A stretch of 64,000 bases of DNA, taken from contig CAVVMW010000006.1 of NCBI GenBank assembly GCA_963749495.1, forward strand, positions 672,001 through 736,000. Reading direction: 5' to 3'. Below are positions 20,877 through 32,437 of the stretch, piece by piece (the first letter of the stretch is position 1; every line of letters starts with the position of its first letter). The position numbers and the translations under genes are program-made. The DNA is from an uncultured bacterium (GTDB taxonomy: Bacteria; Verrucomicrobiota; Verrucomicrobiia; Limisphaerales; UBA8199). The notes under the pieces are model-generated. The model made no database searches, was not told the DNA's origin, and was given only the letters and a program-made list of their open reading frames with translations.

Positions 20877-21636
20877 CCTCCGCACTCCGTTGCCGTTCCC
20901 AAAGCTTGGCGTATTTGAGGAACGTGTAATAGGCATAGAGGCCGGCCAGGACCAACCCGTAGCGGCCGTCGCGGAAGCCTTGCTGGAGCAGGAAGATGCG
21001 CAGGAAGATGCCGGCGGGGCTCAGGAGCATCCGGTGAAGGGAGGCGCGTTTGCCGGCCTGGGCGTAGCGTTGGGCCATGAGGGTGGAATAACGCTGCAGT
21101 TTGGCGGTGGCGATTTCGAGGGTGTCCCAGGGATATTGGAGGACGTGCTGGCGGAGGTAGCCCAGGCGGCCGTCGAGGGTGTAGCTCTCGTGTACGGATT
21201 CGTCGTTGTAACGGAAGTGCCGGCGGTCGAACAATTGCGGCTGGCGGTAATCCGGGTACCAGCCTGAGTGGCGCATCCAATGGCCCAGGAAGTGGCTCTT
21301 GCGCGGGACATGGTAGGCCTCGGCGCGGGGGGCCGGCAGTTCCCGGCGAATCTCCTCCGCCAATTCGGGGGTACACCGTTCATCGGCATCGATGCTCAGG
21401 ACCCAGTCGTGCCGGGCGGCGGCCAGCGCCAGGTTGCGCAGCGGGCCGAAGCCGCAGAAGGACTCCTGGAGCACCCGGGCATGGTACTCCCGCGCGATCT
21501 CGACCGTCCCGTCCGTGCTGAAGGAATCCATCACCAGGATTTCTTCTGCCCACTTCACGCTCTCCAGCACGGCCCGGAGCTGCCGCGCTTCATTGAGCGT
21601 GAGGACATAGACCGTGACCGGCGGGCCAGTGTTCAT
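20854..21636 (-). CDS. Glycosyltransferase family 2 (WaaE/KdtX-like)
   Basis: TLNEARQL, DSFSTDGT, WVLSIDADE, GWYPD, VHE and GFRDGRYG motifs. Confidence 0.9.
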   Translation of the reverse strand: MNTGPPVTVYVLTLNEARQLRAVLESVKWAEEILVMDSFSTDGTVEIAREYHARVLQESFCGFGPLRNLALAAARHDWVLSIDADERCTPELAEEIRRELPAPRAEAYHVPRKSHFLGHWMRHSGWYPDYRQPQLFDRRHFRYNDESVHESYTLDGRLGYLRQHVLQYPWDTLEIATAKLQRYSTLMAQRYAQAGKRASLHRMLLSPAGIFLRIFLLQQGFRDGRYGLVLAGLYAYYTFLKYAKLWERQRSAEGRMTNDE

Positions 21637-21685
21637 CCCGCAAGTTGTTACGCCCGCTTTGGAGGGCGGGCAAGATAAAGTTCAA

Positions 21686-21780
21686 ATGACGAATGACGAA
21701 TGACGAATGACGAAGGGGCGGCGCGGATCCTCCGGAGGCATGTTCGTCATTCGTCATTCGTCATTCGTCATTCGTCATTC
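21686..21780. repeat. About 95-bp element with inverted (ATGACGA)n / (TCGTCAT)n arms
   Basis: Arms flank a GGGGCGG...GAGGCATGTT core; an inverted copy lies at 23033-23128. Confidence 0.88.
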
Positions 21781-22255
21781 ACCGCCGCGCTGCCCGGCGA
21801 AGAAGGCGCGGAGCAGGGCGCGGCACTCGGCCTCGCGCACCCCGCCCGTAATCGCGCACCGGTGGTTCAACGTCGGAAACTGCAGCAGGTTCAAGGCGCT
21901 GCCAGCCGCCCCGGCCTTGGGGTCGCTCGCCCCGAAGACCACCCGCGCCAGGCGCACGTGTACCGCCGCCCCGGCGCACATCGGGCACGGCTCTTTGGTC
22001 ACGTAGAGCGTACACCCCGTCAACCGCCAATCCCCCAGCGCCTCTTCCGCCTGCGTCAAGGCCAGCATTTCCGCGTGAGCCGTGGCGTCTTTGAGCAACT
22101 CGACTTGATTGAAGGCGCGCGCAATGATGCGTCCGTCGTGTACCACCACCGCCCCGATGGGCACCTCCTTCGCCTCGAGTGCCCGCGTCGCCTGGCGCAA
22201 GGCCTCGCCCATGAAGTGCGTGTCGCTGTGAAGATCAAGGATCAGAATCGTCCAT
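21775..22255 (-). CDS. tadA: tRNA adenosine(34) deaminase
   Basis: EVPIGAVVV, TAHAEM, TLYVTKEPCPMC, LNHR; likely true ATG at 22255 with a 1-nt insertion near 22246. Confidence 0.92.
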
Positions 22256-22941
22256 GGCTCAGGGGGAGGAGTGCCGAGGGTCGAGGGACGAGGGTCGAGG
22301 GCCGAAGGCAGGGGATCGTCGATTCCATAAACCAGGCCGTCCTCTCTGAGGTAAGTCGTTTTGGCCGGAGGGGTTTGGGGGGCGTTTCGCAGGGTCTCGA
22401 TCGAGCTTGTCAGTATCCCGATGATTTCATCGAGGAGCCTGAGTCGTTCCTCCTCCAGCGTCCACTCGTTGCGCCCGTCCGGCCCGCAGTGGCAGTGCGC
22501 GGCGAAGAAGCCGCCCCGGTGTTGCCAGAACCAGGGCCAGATTCGTTCCCGGTCCGTCTGCGGCAGGGCCAGCGCGGCCATTGCCTCGCACGCGAAGAAC
22601 TCGAAGCGCCCCTCGCGATGGGGCGGGGGCAGGCAGGCCAGCCTGGGTCTGACCTCGAAGAGGAACATGAGCCAATGACCCTGCCCCGCGTAGCCGTGTT
22701 CGCTGACCAGACCGGTCAGGCTCAGGTCGCCGGGCCGCAGGCCCAGGCCCAACTCCTCCTGCGCCTCACGGCAGGCGCAGGCATAAGGCGACTCGCCCGT
22801 GCCGGTGCGCAGTTTGCCCCCGGCAGGGCTCCACAGGCCCAGGTTCGGCTCCTGCGCCCGTTCCATCAGCAGCACTTCATCCCGCTCGTTGAAGCAATAG
22901 AGCAGCGTCGAAATCGTGTAGGGCAGCGGGGCCATCGTCAT
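22242..22941 (-). CDS. NUDIX hydrolase with an unrelated C-terminal extension
   Basis: Nudix box 'GGKL...GESPYACACREAQEELG'; end position inferred assuming one indel. Confidence 0.8.
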
Positions 22942-23032
22942 AACACCAGACAACACACTCGGGGCGATGGGCAGCGAACACAAGACGAAAGGCGGGATGG
23001 GCGTGGGCTCCGTCAATGCGCAGCGCGGTGCC

Positions 23033-23160
23033 GAATGACGAATGACGAATGACGAATGACGAATGACGAACATGCCTCGCGCAGACCCGCACCGCCCCTT
23101 CGTCATTCGTCATTCGTCATTCGTCATTCCAGCTTTCGTCATTCGTCATTCCTCATTCGC
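23033..23160. repeat. Inverted copy of the 21686-21780 heptamer element plus extra TCGTCAT units
   Basis: (GAATGAC)x5, then CATGCCTCGCGCAGACCCGCACCGCCCC, then (TCGTCAT)n. Confidence 0.88.
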
Positions 23161-23258
23161 CATCCTTGACACACCGGGCGTGGTTATCGCACTCTGGGGA
23201 TGCTCAACGGATTGGGTCGCGATAGAGGATCGGGCTGGTCCTGCGGCGGAAAGCTTGA

Positions 23259-23459
23259 ATGTTTGGCCTTGGCAAGAACAAGCGCAAGAATAAAGACAGA
23301 AAACACGAACGGTTCTATCTTCTGCCCGGCCAGGGCGGCAGGGCGAGAATGCGCAAGCAGCGGATGATTATGAGGTGGACGATCGCCACCGGCCTGCTCT
23401 TTTCGTTCCTGGTCGCCTGTCTGCTCTACGTCATGCACCACCTGCAGTACCGCCGGTAG
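23259..23459 (+). CDS. Small basic single-pass membrane protein
   Basis: 66 aa with basic N-terminus ('ERFYLLPGQGGR') and one C-terminal TM helix. Confidence 0.6.
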   Translation: MFGLGKNKRKNKDRKHERFYLLPGQGGRARMRKQRMIMRWTIATGLLFSFLVACLLYVMHHLQYRR

Positions 23460-23505
23460 GAACCGCGGGCGCAAATCAGGCCCTTGTCGCACGAAGCCCC
23501 GGAGG

Positions 23506-23655
23506 GACCCCTCACCCCGGCCCTCTCCCCTTCCGAAGGGGAGAGGGAGAAGCGTCGGCAGTCTCTTGAACTTCCAGGCATCGCTGGTTTCTGGAGCGGC
23601 CGCGGAGAGTTCTCCCTCTCCCCATCCGATGGGGAGAGGGCCGGGGTGAGGGGTC
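23506..23655. repeat. REP doublet (CCCCTCACCCCGGCCCTCTCCCC family)
   Basis: Inverted terminal arms with internal CCCTCTCCCC/GGGGAGAGGG hairpins. Confidence 0.85.
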
Positions 23656-23744
23656 TGCCGGGGACTCTGTTTCCGCTTTCACCGATTACGCCCGGCCTTT
23701 TGTTTTCAATTGCGAGCGGCGCGGCCCGGGTATATGACAGGTTC

Positions 23745-25513
23745 ATGACTCGCTTGGTTATGACGGCGGCTTGCGTCGGGCTTTGTGTTTCGTCCGGCCT
23801 CGGGCCCAGTCTCAGACTTCGGCAGCGGTCCCCGATCTGATCCTGCACCATGGCAAGGTGGTGACGGTCGACAAGGGTTTCTCGATTCATGAGGCCATCG
23901 CCATACAAGGCGAGCGCATCCTGGCAGTGGGGTCGAACGCGGAGGTCCTGGCCCGAAAAGGGCCTGGGACCGAGACCGTGGATTTGGCGGGCAAGATGGT
24001 GGCGCCCGGATTCATCGATTGCCACACCCACCCGCTGGAGTCCAGCCTGGTGGAGTTCGACCATCCGATTCCGCAGATGGATTCGGTGCAGGACGTGCTC
24101 GACTATTTCAGGGCGCGGGCCAAGGCGGTCCCGGAGGGGGAGTGGATTGTGCTCAGGCAGGTCTTCATCACGCGCTTGCGCGAGCAACGCTATCCGACCC
24201 GCGCCGAACTGGATGCGGCCGCACCCCGTCATCCCGTGGTCTTTGCCACCGGCCCGGACGCGATGCTCAATACGGCGGCGCTCAAGCTCAACGGCATCAA
24301 CCGCAATTACCAGATCCCGGGCGGCGGGCCCGGGCTGGTGGAAAAGGACCCGCAGACGGGCGAGCCGACGGGCTTGCTGCGCACCTTCGCGCGCTTTGTC
24401 AAGGTGCCGGCCGTTCGGGCGGCAGCCGACCCGGAGGACCAGGCGCGATGCCTGGCGGAGCTGTTCCACGACTACAACTCCGTGGGCATCACGGCGGTCT
24501 GCGAGCGGGACGCCTATCCCGATCAGATCCCCATCTACGAGGCGGTGCGCCGGAGCGGCCACGCTACGATGCGTGTGGCCCTCTCGCATCACGTGGATTC
24601 GGAGGGCGACCTCGACAGCGTTCGCGCCGCCATCCGGCGGGTGGCGGAGCACCCGCTGTTCCGGAACAAAGACCCGATGCTCCGCATCATTGGGATCAAG
24701 ACTTACCTGGACGGCGGCATGCTCACCGGCAGCGCCTATATGCGCCAGCCCTGGGGGGTGAGCGCCATGTACGGGATAACCGACCCCGCCTACCGGGGCA
24801 TCCGGTTCATTCCCCAGGAGCGGCTGATCGAGATGGTGCGCGCGACGGCCCAGGCCGGCCTCCAATTCACCGCGCACAGCGTTGGCGACGGGGCCGTACA
24901 CGCCCTGTTGGATGCCTACGAGGAAGTCGGCAAGGACTTGCCTGTGCGCCCGACGCGTCCCTGCGTGTCGCATTCCAATTTCATGAGCCGGGAGGCGGTC
25001 CAGAAGGCGGCGCGGCTGGGCGTGATGCTGGACATCCAGCCGGCCTGGCTCTACCTGGACACCCGCACGCTGGTCAAGCAGTTTGGCTACGAGCGCCTGC
25101 GCTATTTCCAGCCGTTGCGCAGTATCTTCGAGGCGGGCGCGGTGGCCGGCGGCGGCTCCGACCACATGCAGAAGCTGGGTTCGCTGCGCTCGAACAATCC
25201 CTACAACCCGTTCCTCGGCATGGCCACCACGGTCACCCGGCAGGCGCGGTGGTTTGAGGGCCGGTTGCACCCGGAAGAGGCCCTCTCGCGCGAGCAGGCC
25301 CTCCGCTTCTATACGATCAACAGCGCCTCCATTATGTTCCTGGACGACCTCGCCGGCTCGCTCGAACCCGGCAAGCTGGCCAACCTGGTCGTCCTGGACC
25401 GGGACCTGTTGACCTGCCCCGACAATCAAATCCTCGGCACCCAAGTCCTGCGGACGTACCTCGGGGGAAAACTGGTTTACGGCGCCCCCTCGAGGTCCCA
25501 GGCGCCCCCGTAA
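23745..25513 (+). CDS. Amidohydrolase 3 family (YtcJ-like); probable frameshift in the signal region
   Basis: PGFIDCHTH, HSVGDGAV, GGSD, GSLEPGKLAN and VLRTYLGG motifs. Confidence 0.9.
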
Positions 25514-25567
25514 TCTGTCCGACCGGTCCGACCAGTCTGACCAGTCCGACCGGTCCGACGCGCCTTT

Positions 25568-27612
25568 CTACTTTCCGACAACAAACTTCTCCTGCGCGCC
25601 TGCGGCGCGGTAGAGGGCGGCGGCGGCCTCTTCGCAACCGTTGGCGGGGCCGGCCAGCATGATGGGCCGCGGGGCGAGCAGGCCCATGGCTTGAGGGACA
25701 TCGCACACGCGGAGCACGTTGAGCAGCGCCGGGGCCACGTTGTCCATATGACTGGGCGGGACACGCGAGAGCGCCAGGCCGGCGATGTCCGGTTCGAGCA
25801 GGGCCGCGTAAATCGACCAGACGGCGCCCGGGCCTTCGCCGGCCAGGAACACGTCGGTTTGCGGGCCGTGCAGGGCGCGCAGATACCGCGCGGCGGCGGC
25901 CAGGTCCCACACGCGGCCGCTGTCAACGGTCCGCCCGAGCAGGAAATGCGAGCGGGCAACGTAGTTAGGCGGGTTCTTCTCCGTCCAGTGGCTGCTGCCG
26001 ATGCCTCGAGGCTCGCAGACATAGATGGCATCGTGCTCGCCGGCCAGGCCGTCGAGCCAGGCGGGCGGGAGGTCGTCCAGGCTGGAGTTCACCGCCAGCA
26101 GCCAGACGCGAGTCGCGCCGGCGGTCGGGAGCCGCGCCGCCCGCAGCGCAATATGGATCGGGCCTTCGGTCCCCAGCTCAACGACGTTCCCGACGGCGGT
26201 CCCGAGGATCCTGGCGGGCGGAACCCGGTCGGGGAAATGGTGAAAAGTAAGCCGCCGCAGCTTGGCCAGCCGCGCCGTTTTCCAGGCCTCGAACTGGCCC
26301 GGCTCGGGTGTTTCGGCCCTTGCCATCGGCACAAACTCGCGGTCGATGCGGGAGTTGATGGCGTCGGCGGGCAGGTCGGAGTCCTGGGGGAACACCCGCA
26401 ATTGTTCGGGCGGGATGGGATGGGTTGCGTTTGGGCCGCTGGAGACCAGGTCCACCTCGCTGTCGAGAACGGGGCGGGGGTCGTTTTTGAACTGGATGTT
26501 CATGAAGCGAAATGCGGCCTGGCGGATGTCCTGCCGGTAGGCATGGCCGCCAACGCTCACGACGGCATCCACCAGGTCACCGGCGCCGAAGAGGCTGTAG
26601 AGCCGCTCGAGCCGGTTGATGACCCGTTCATTGCCGTACATGGGGAAGATAGTGTCGGCATCGCTGTTCACGAACAAGAGGGGCCTCGGGGCGATGAGCC
26701 CGGGGATGCGCGCCCAGGGCCATTGAAAGGTGTTGTAGAGGAACATGCAATCGCAATGGCCGTTGATGACGCGGCTGGGCACGTAGGCCAGCAGGTCGCT
26801 CAGGCCGCTGACGGGCACGGCGGCTTTGACGCGCTCGTCTGCGGCGGCTATCCAGAAGGTTGCCGCGCCGCCGCCGCTGATGCCGCTCACCCCGATGCGC
26901 TCCGGATCGACCTCGGGACGGCCCTGGAGGTAATCAATGCCCCGCACGCCATTCCAGCATTCCACGCCGGCAGGCGTGTACCCTCGAGAGAGCCACCACC
27001 AGCGGCCCTCGCGGTAGGTGCCGTGATGGGTGCAGGTTAGCTCACCCAGCTCGATCGTATCCAGGACCAGGCAAAGGTAGCCGTGGCGCGCAAACCAGAT
27101 GCCGTGTGACTGGTAGGCGGTCTTGTTCCCGTTCCGGCCCATCCCGGAGTGTCCGCACACATAGAGGATAGCCGGGCAGCTTCTCGCCCGCCGGGCTCTT
27201 GGCCGGCCGATAGAGATTTCCCGTGACGTAAAGGCCCGGCCGGCTCTGGTAATGAAGCATCTCGACCACATAGTCTCCCCGGTCGAGGGTCCGGGTAACG
27301 GCCGCCCGCAACGGCCCCTTTTCCAGCAGGGGCCACAGGCCGAGCATGTCGAAGTACTCCTCCTTGAAACGCGGACGCGCCCCCATCCAGTCCGCGGCGG
27401 ATTTGATGTCCGCGGGAAAACCCGCCTCGATCTTCTCGGTCTCCTGCCGAAGATCAGGCCTGGATCATCGCGTCCCCGGGCGCGGCGCGATCCGGCTCGT
27501 CGTAGGTCTGGGCTAAAGCGGCGCATGGACAAAAGAAGCACTGGGCTGCGAGCAGGAGCAACGATGCGGCAGCGGTCTTCTTTGCGGCACGTGGGAGGTT
27601 CTGGGAGTTCAT
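25568..27612 (-). CDS. Secreted alpha/beta-hydrolase (acetyl xylan esterase-like); frameshifts near 27455 and 27175
   Basis: Nucleophile motif GISGGG, 'GLYVTGNLYRP' and 'ILYVCGH' found across three frames. Confidence 0.82.
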
Positions 27613-28970
27613 ATTGTCATGCAGTGGAGGGTCATGGGCGGGTCCGATATTGGGCCGAGCGGAGCGGGGCTGCAACCAGAATCCATGTGCATCATGCGCA
27701 GCAGTTCGGCCGTGGCCTCATCGGACATGAGGTTGACCTTGCCGAGGTGGCGGGCGTCGATGACGGCCTCGGCGGTGGCTTCGAGGACTTCGAGGCGGTC
27801 GTAGGCATCGAGCACGCTCGAGCCGCAGACCAGCACGCCGTCGTTGTCGAGCAAGGCGATGGGCTGCCGGGCGGAGACCCGCTGCGCGAGGGCGGCGGGG
27901 TCCCGGAACTGGAGGCCGAAGGGGATGCGGGCGATTTGGCGGAGAAAGACGAAGCTCTCCGGGATGGTGCGGCAGTCCAGGAGGGCGCCGGTGACACTGA
28001 ATGCGGTGGCATTGACGGTGTAGGCGTTGACGATGGCCTGGATGGCGGGGTGGCGCTGGTAGATGGCCTGGTGGTTGCGGCTGGCCCGGCTTGGGGCCTT
28101 GCCCGCCTCGGCCGCGCCGTCCCGCACCAGCACGATGTCGTCCGGCTCCACCGTGTTGCGGTCCACGCGGTAGGGGGTGATGAGGAACGAGCGGGCGTCC
28201 AGGCGGGCCGAGAAACTGCCTTCCGTGCTGATGAGCAGGCGCTGCTGGCAACCGCGGCGGACGAAATCGCACAATCAACGCCGCACCTCCAGCTCGCGCC
28301 GCTGGGCGCCTTTGTGCTCGAAGGCGGGCATGGGGACGAATGTGCGGCGAGGCAATTCGACCTGCTCGAGTGTGAGGTAGTTGACCGTGCCGAGTGTCTT
28401 GGCCGTGATGATGGTCTTGGCGGTGAACTCAAGCGTCTCGAACCGCTGAAAGGCCTGCTGCAGGGTCTGGCCGCCCACCACCACGCCGTGGTTTTCCATC
28501 ACCATGCAGGAGCCGCCCCGGGCAAAGGCCTCGGCCACGCTCGAGGCCAGGGCCTCGCTGCCGGGCAGGGCGTAGGGGGCAAAGCCGGCCTCGCCGCAGA
28601 CGTGCTCGGCCTGGTGGAGCAAGCGGGTGTTGGGGACCTGGCCGCAGATGCTGAAGGCAACCAGGCCTACCGGGTGGGCGTGTACGATGGCGCACAGGTC
28701 GGGCCGCGCCAGATAGACCGCCCGGTGAAATGGAAACTCAGACGAGGGTTTGTGGGCGCCCACAACGCTCCCGTCGGCCTTCACGCACACGATGTCCTCC
28801 CGCCGCAGCCCGCCCTTGTCAACCCCGGCGGGCGTGATCCAGATGGCGCCGTCGGCCTGCCGGATCGAGATGTTCCCCCGGAACGTCGTCGTCATCCGGT
28901 AGCGGTAGATCCGCTCCATCGTCCGCAGAATGTCCTCCGCGGGGTGAACCGGTGGGCTTTGTACGCTCAT
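27609..28970 (-). CDS. Two-domain class II aldolase/adducin protein; frameshift near 28275
   Basis: GNIS, PSSE..FH, IVHAHP and MENHG in domain 1; degenerate second domain. Confidence 0.87.
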
Positions 28971-29095
28971 GAAAGCAGAATAAGGGAGCGGCGGGCAGAT
29001 GCCATGAAAAAGGGAGCCAACTCTCCGCACGGGGCGCATCTGTCCAGTACCACCACGGCATGAGGAGTCACGCCCAACGCTGGCAAACCTGATCC

Positions 29096-29290
29096 ATCCC
29101 GAAGGGATCGGAATCACTCAGCCCAGGGTTGCCCGGAACGCGCTACCCTGGGTCGCTCCACCTCTGATCAACAACCCTGAAAGGGTTGCATCGCTGCTGA
29201 AACGCTTTCAGCGTTTTGAGGGTTTGGTGGCCCCACACCCAGGGTAGCGCGTTCAACCCTGGGCTGAATGATCAAAAGCCCTTCGGGCTA
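29096..29290. repeat. REP-like palindromic cluster
   Basis: AGCCCAGGGTTG...CCCTGGG arms inverted around a CAACCCTGAAAGGGTTG hairpin. Confidence 0.75.
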
Positions 29291-29662
29291 CTGAGGGGGT
29301 GCCCCGCGGCCCTCTCTCCGCCGTGGTGGTTCTGTCGAGATGCGCCCCTCCGCGCGTCAGCCGCCGCCTGCTGCCCTGCGAGGCGCCTCACTGGGCTCCG
29401 CCATCGAGGTGCTCTCATTATAGGGGCCAACCCCGCGTCGGACCGGCCAAACAGAGGGAGCCAGTGCGGTCACTTGGACGAACAGCATCCGGGCAAAAAT
29501 GGCATTCTCCTGAAACCCTTCGCCACGGAATAGCGGGCATGCTATGGATTGACCCCATCTCCTGGCCCGTAGCACCTCCTGCGGCCTGCGGGGGGCGGAT
29601 CCGGACATTGCCCCCGCGCGCGGCCGGATGCGCCCGCCTGCGCGTTCAGCGCTCGTTCGGTA

Positions 29663-29691
29663 TTGACCATGGTGCCTCAGTTGTTTACAAT
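29663..29691 (+). promoter_or_regulatory. Sigma70-like promoter, probably giving a leaderless transcript
   Basis: TTGACC-17 bp-TACAAT, with the ATG at 29698. Confidence 0.7.
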
Positions 29692-29697
29692 GGAAAC

Positions 29698-30102
29698 ATG
29701 AGCACGAAGACGGCGACGCTCGGCGTGAGAATGCCGAAAGCCACCAGCGAGTCCATCCGCCAAATTGCCCAGAGCCACGGGCGCACGCCCAGCGACTTGC
29801 TGGCCGAGTATGCCGAGGAAATCGCGCGGCAGCACCGTTTCTGCCACATTGAATTCCGCCAGACGCCCCTCGGCCGGATGGCGTACGTTGAAGGGACGCG
29901 TTGCGCGGTGTGGCTCATTTGTGATCTGGTGCGTCAGAATGGGAACAACATCGCCCGAACCGCGAAGCGCCACCAATGGCCCGAGACGAAGGTGCGCGCG
30001 GCGATGAACTACGCCCGGGCCTATCCCGAGGAACTCGAACCGTTGATCGAGCGGGCGGGGAACATGACTGAGGAAACCTTGCGTCAGTTGAACGCAGCGT
30101 GA
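29698..30102 (+). CDS. DUF433-type antitoxin with N-terminal ribbon-helix-helix-like segment
   Basis: 'AYVEGTRCAVW...VRAAMNYARAYPEE' DUF433 pattern. Confidence 0.8.
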   Translation: MSTKTATLGVRMPKATSESIRQIAQSHGRTPSDLLAEYAEEIARQHRFCHIEFRQTPLGRMAYVEGTRCAVWLICDLVRQNGNNIARTAKRHQWPETKVRAAMNYARAYPEELEPLIERAGNMTEETLRQLNAA

Positions 30103-30103
30103 C

Positions 30104-30466
30104 ATGCTGCGCCTGCTCACCGACAGCCACGTACCGCCTGCGATTGCCAGAGCCTCCCGCAAATTGGCGGCGATCAACATCACTGCCCTGCGCGATTGGC
30201 ACGCCGGCAGCTATTTGCACGAATCCGATGCGCGGCTACTGGCTCTGGCTTGGGAGGCACGGCTGACCCTGATCACCTACGACGTGAATACTTTTCCGCT
30301 GGCGGTAAAGGATCGCTTGCAGGTTGGTCTGGCTCACGCTGGGGTTATTTACGTTTCCCGCCGGTACCGCCAAAATGCGATTGGCGCGATTGCCAAGGGC
30401 CTGGTGACGTTGTGGCGGGCCGAGAAGGACTTGGACTGGACGAATCGGATCCGGTTTCTCGATTGA
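30104..30466 (+). CDS. DUF5615 / VapC45-like PIN toxin
   Basis: 'RLLTDSHVP', 'SDARLL', 'LITYD' and 'HAGVI'; coupled to the DUF433 gene. Confidence 0.8.
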   Translation: MLRLLTDSHVPPAIARASRKLAAINITALRDWHAGSYLHESDARLLALAWEARLTLITYDVNTFPLAVKDRLQVGLAHAGVIYVSRRYRQNAIGAIAKGLVTLWRAEKDLDWTNRIRFLD

Positions 30467-31273
30467 GTGGGACCTCACTTGAAAAAGGGGGGGCCGCCGT
30501 TAGCCTGGCTTCGGTTGACGCAGGGCACAGCATGGCGCCAATGTGGTGTCCCCGAAATGGAGCCATTTCGGCGACACCACACTAGATTGCTTTATGGCAA
30601 CGGCAACCATTGCACTGCCACCCGAGCGAGAGCAAACCGCCGCGAATCTTCGCCGTTGGGCCGAACTGCTGGCGGACCGGGGTTTGGCAGAGTGATTGGG
30701 CTTCGGCGAGCTTATCGGCGGCGATCCAGATCATCGCACCAGCTGATTCGCGCCCCGGCGCGAGGTGATCCGCCCCGGCGCAAGGGCCAGGTCAAACCTC
30801 GATGCGTCCCTCGAAGACGAAATCCCCCGGGCCGGTGAGGCGCACATTTCCAAAACTCCCGTTCGTGTCCTCGAAGCTCAGTTCCAACGAGGCTCCGCCC
30901 TGGACCTGGACGGCCACCGGCAACTTGAATCCGTGCATGCGGGAGGCCACCAAGGCCGTAAAGGGGTAAAGGGGTCGCCCACCTGGCTATAAAGGGGATC
31001 ACCCAGTTAATGAGAATGTACTATTATGACAACCTCATTAACTGGGCGACCCCTTTTCGCACCTTGACGAGCCAGAACATTAGAAGGATGCCCGAAAAAA
31101 GGACCAAAGCGATTCGCTCCTTGGCTTCGGGCTTTTCTCTTGCTTCTGTATCGCTCATCAGGGTAGTTTTTCGGGGTGTGCGTCCGGGGCGCCACTATGA
31201 AGCGAGTTGCCCGGTGGATTCATGGAGTTCAATATACAGACGGCTCGTTGTATGTTCATTGTTCGACACAGCT

Positions 31274-32170
31274 ATGAAACGCTTTCTGTTATGCTGCATC
31301 CTCGGAGTGGCAACCACCGCGTCATCCCTTTCCGCCCACACCAACCTCTGGGATGAGTTGTTGGACGTAGTGGTCACACACATCGAGCGAGACGGCCCTG
31401 ACGCTGATGCCGCTCAGTTCATCAGCATGGCGCAAGGTCACTCTTGGGCGCGCCGCGAGGAGATGATTAAACGTGTCGGTCCGTTTCTGGCGGACACGAG
31501 CCCCGACAAAGTTGCTGGTGCAATCGAGATTCTATACCGATTTCGCGCGTATAGCCCGATGGAGTACCTCGGGGGCTTTGAGTCGGAGTCGAACAACGCG
31601 GCCTTCTTCGCGGACTTGGACAAGCAGGTGTATCCGCGCTTCGATCATTTCCGCAAGCTCAAGAGTGACCGGGTGTATCATGCCCTTGCGCTCTACCTCG
31701 GCGTGTCGCGCACCCCTCAAGCGAAGGGCGAACTGCTAGGGATCGCGCGCAGCCCTTTTGCAGTGGGCGCAAAGGAGCAGGCGCTAATATGCCTCGCATG
31801 GCATCGCGATCCAGCCGACATGGACACATTGCTGCCGTTCATGATGGAGGACTCACGGGCTGCCCGGCTCTTGCCGTACCATTTTCGAAACAGCTATGGA
31901 AAGCTCTCGATCCCGTCATTGGTGAAGGCCATACATGAAGGCAAGTCCGACGTGACTCGACAAGAAGCTGCATTGCAGCTCGTTTTCTTGGGCGTGGCGG
32001 AAGGATTTGATTATCTGCGAGACACAGTGTTGAAGGATCCGAAAGCGCTCGATCGCATCAAAGGATGGGCGTTTGATTATCTCTCATTGGCACGTGGCGT
32101 GGTTTCCAAAGAGGATGTGGCTCGCCAGATTGACCGCAAGAAAGAGGCCTTGGCAAAGAACCAGCCTTGA
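31274..32170 (+). CDS. Secreted helical (HEAT-like) hypothetical protein
   Basis: Signal peptide MKRFLLCCILGVA; sequence visibly less GC-rich than its neighbours. Confidence 0.65.
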   Translation: MKRFLLCCILGVATTASSLSAHTNLWDELLDVVVTHIERDGPDADAAQFISMAQGHSWARREEMIKRVGPFLADTSPDKVAGAIEILYRFRAYSPMEYLGGFESESNNAAFFADLDKQVYPRFDHFRKLKSDRVYHALALYLGVSRTPQAKGELLGIARSPFAVGAKEQALICLAWHRDPADMDTLLPFMMEDSRAARLLPYHFRNSYGKLSIPSLVKAIHEGKSDVTRQEAALQLVFLGVAEGFDYLRDTVLKDPKALDRIKGWAFDYLSLARGVVSKEDVARQIDRKKEALAKNQP

Positions 32171-32437
32171 CCGGCCTGCGTGGCGAACAAGTCGCCGGAC
32201 ACTCAAAAGGCTGATCCTCAAAATCTGCAGATCGCGACAGCTCTGCCCTCACCGGTTCTTATCGTGCTAAAATGGAGCGATGCGGACAGCCAAAAGGCAA
32301 CCCGCTGCCCGTTCCAGCGTGCGTCCGAAGAATTCTGTCGTGCGCCCGACGAAAGGGACTCAAGGGACAAAAGGGATGCGAGGCCTCCGTTGTTCTTCCC
32401 TCGGACGAACTTCTCTCCGCGTCTCCGCGTCTCCGCG

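Noticed and set aside
21775..23106. Apparent NUDIX-TadA fusion protein (443 aa ORF)
   Set aside because: Removing one base near 22246 gives tadA its own ATG (MDDLILDLHSD...) and stops the NUDIX frame. With indels common in this window, the fusion is probably an artefact.
30470..31250. Short ORFs between the TA pair and the secreted protein
   Set aside because: No convincing motif or start signals. Probably gene debris that cannot be assigned without a search.
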